DNA of 64,000 nucleotides from Yuukianura sp. NJ FZ-2021 (Eukaryota). Under the pieces are notes generated by a model. The model did no database searches, had not been told where the DNA came from, and saw only the letters and a program-made list of their open reading frames with translations. Shown one piece after another: positions 62,393 through 64,000 of this stretch. Made by a program: the position numbers and the translations under genes. The stretch spans positions 3,968,001 through 4,032,000 of the forward strand of contig CM102287.1 of NCBI GenBank assembly GCA_046563655.1. The letters are read 5' to 3'. How positions within the stretch are numbered: position 1 is the stretch's first letter; each line of letters starts with the position of its first letter.

Positions 62393-64000
62393 CGGAAGAT
62401 GATGTGTTTTTGTTTAGTTGATACAAAAGATTTGATATGTTTGATTGAATTCTTGAGGCAGGTTTAGCAGTAGTACTTGCGGCAGTGGAGGACAACTGGT
62501 GCCCTTGGTTTTCTCTTCCAGGGAGTATGCTGTCCTTTGAACAGCCTGTCCATGACGTGTTCTTTTCAAATACGGTACAAATTAAGTGTAGCCAAAAATT
62601 GATGATTGATTGCCACCACCACCACAGACCAGAGCCACTCCAAATGTGAAGAAATGCAAGTAATCCCTCCTGGAATTAAAATAACAATAGGATTTAGTTA
62701 TGATTGATGGAGTTTCTACTAAAGAGGTAAAGTCGTGACGAAGCATTCGCTTTATCACTAAAAAGTAACTTCTGATTAAAGCCTAATCTAGAAACGCCGG
62801 ATATCTGTGACTTAGGTGTGAAAACTTCAACAAAAGTCTACTGATGTTAATGTGCTTCGTCCAGGACCAGGACACTGAAAACACAAAAATTTTGTTTTCA
62901 CAAAAATTTAGGATATGACGTCCGACCAAGCTGCTAATTTCTATTTTAGTCGTGCTGGACTCGACCTCACTCTGTAACTCGTCAGTAGTTAGGAAACAAA
63001 TAAAAACTTGCTTTCGCTTTCCAGAAACATATTGTTCGTCCTTGGTCATAAAAAGTTGCTAGTGAAAGTTATTGGACAACTACTAAAAGCTTATGCGATT
63101 AGTAATCACGAGAGACGACTATCTGGATAGTTAATGGCCCATTGTCCAATCCTGTTCCTCACTAACTTAGGCAGTTAGCTCCTATTTCCTTTCATCTTTC
63201 ATCATGTTCCGATCGTTTACTAAAACAGTTCTCCATTTTTTCTAGAAAAGTTTCATTGTCACAGTCTGTCTGCTCGTCCGTGGTACGAATACGAAAGTAC
63301 ATCAATGTTTACCAGCCATCTAGAAAAAAGAGAGTAATCGAACATTGGACATGCCATAACCTCATCAGTTTGGAAATAGTCGTACGCAGTATGCTCCTGT
63401 GTAAAGCAAATTACCGTTACTCTAGACTGTCCCACGCTCCGCATTGACCAATTTAGTACCAAGGTAGACTTCAAATTAGCTTGAAGTGAAGTAGACACTG
63501 ACACTGCATTGTTATTTGCTCAACCTAAGTGAATTGAAAATTTGAAATCGTCAAATATGCCTGTTCCAAGTTAACGCCTGTCGATGTCACAAAAAGCAAG
63601 AATCATTGTACATTGTTAGCAATTGTTAACAAGCGGGTCGGCTAGTGCTGCTAAACTGAGCCTAATTGTTGAAATTGTTCAGTTCAAGTACAGGCAGAGG
63701 CACAAAGTCTCGTCATTGTTAACGTTAACAATTACGTGACCCAGATTTCATAACTTTTAAACTGACCGAGTTTACCGTGTAGGAAACACCAACGATGAGT
63801 CCGTCCTCTTCGCCAAAATTGCAATTCAGGCTGAAAATTTCGGAAACCACGTCGAAAACGATAAAAATCGTTCAAAAATCATAGCGAAAACGATGAAAAA
63901 ACGTATAAATCTCACATCTTGCACTTATTGTGAGACTGACTGGCTCCTTTTTTTTCTTTGTTTGTCTGTTTTGGTAGAAATTCAAATCCAAAAATTTCCC

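Overview
Eukaryotic genomic DNA from a compact, intron-rich invertebrate genome, most likely an arthropod/pancrustacean; this is inferred from short AT-rich GT-AG introns and remembered similarity to insect orthologues, and no species can be assigned. The window has two halves. Bases ~1-31,900 are gene-poor: they contain one clear protein gene (an unusual Sina-type RING + ZZ zinc-finger protein, minus strand), several minisatellites, a MITE, an orphan promoter-like cluster and many Hox/TALE, YY1/Pho, nuclear-receptor DR1 and G-tract motifs. Bases ~32,000-64,000 are gene-dense, in order: a GT7 beta-1,4-GalNAc-transferase (-), an orphan K-rich/acidic/RS-rich protein with SILK+RVxF motifs (+), a secreted PAN/apple protein (-), a protogenin/IGDCC-like Ig-FN3 receptor (-), NDUFB2 (+), COX6B (-, absent from the ORF track), a TraB-domain protein with a very long N-terminal extension (+), WBP2 (+) and a Pgant9-like polypeptide GalNAc-transferase (-). 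Gene models were spliced by hand. No CRISPR, rRNA, intact tRNA or autonomous transposon was seen. I found no firm new multi-gene system. The best leads are the RING-ZZ gene, the PP1-motif orphan (both with RFX X-box-like motifs upstream), a palindromic array starting at the GalNAcT stop codon with an open readthrough frame, and a conserved-core/variable-spacer array at 27.5-28.2 kb.
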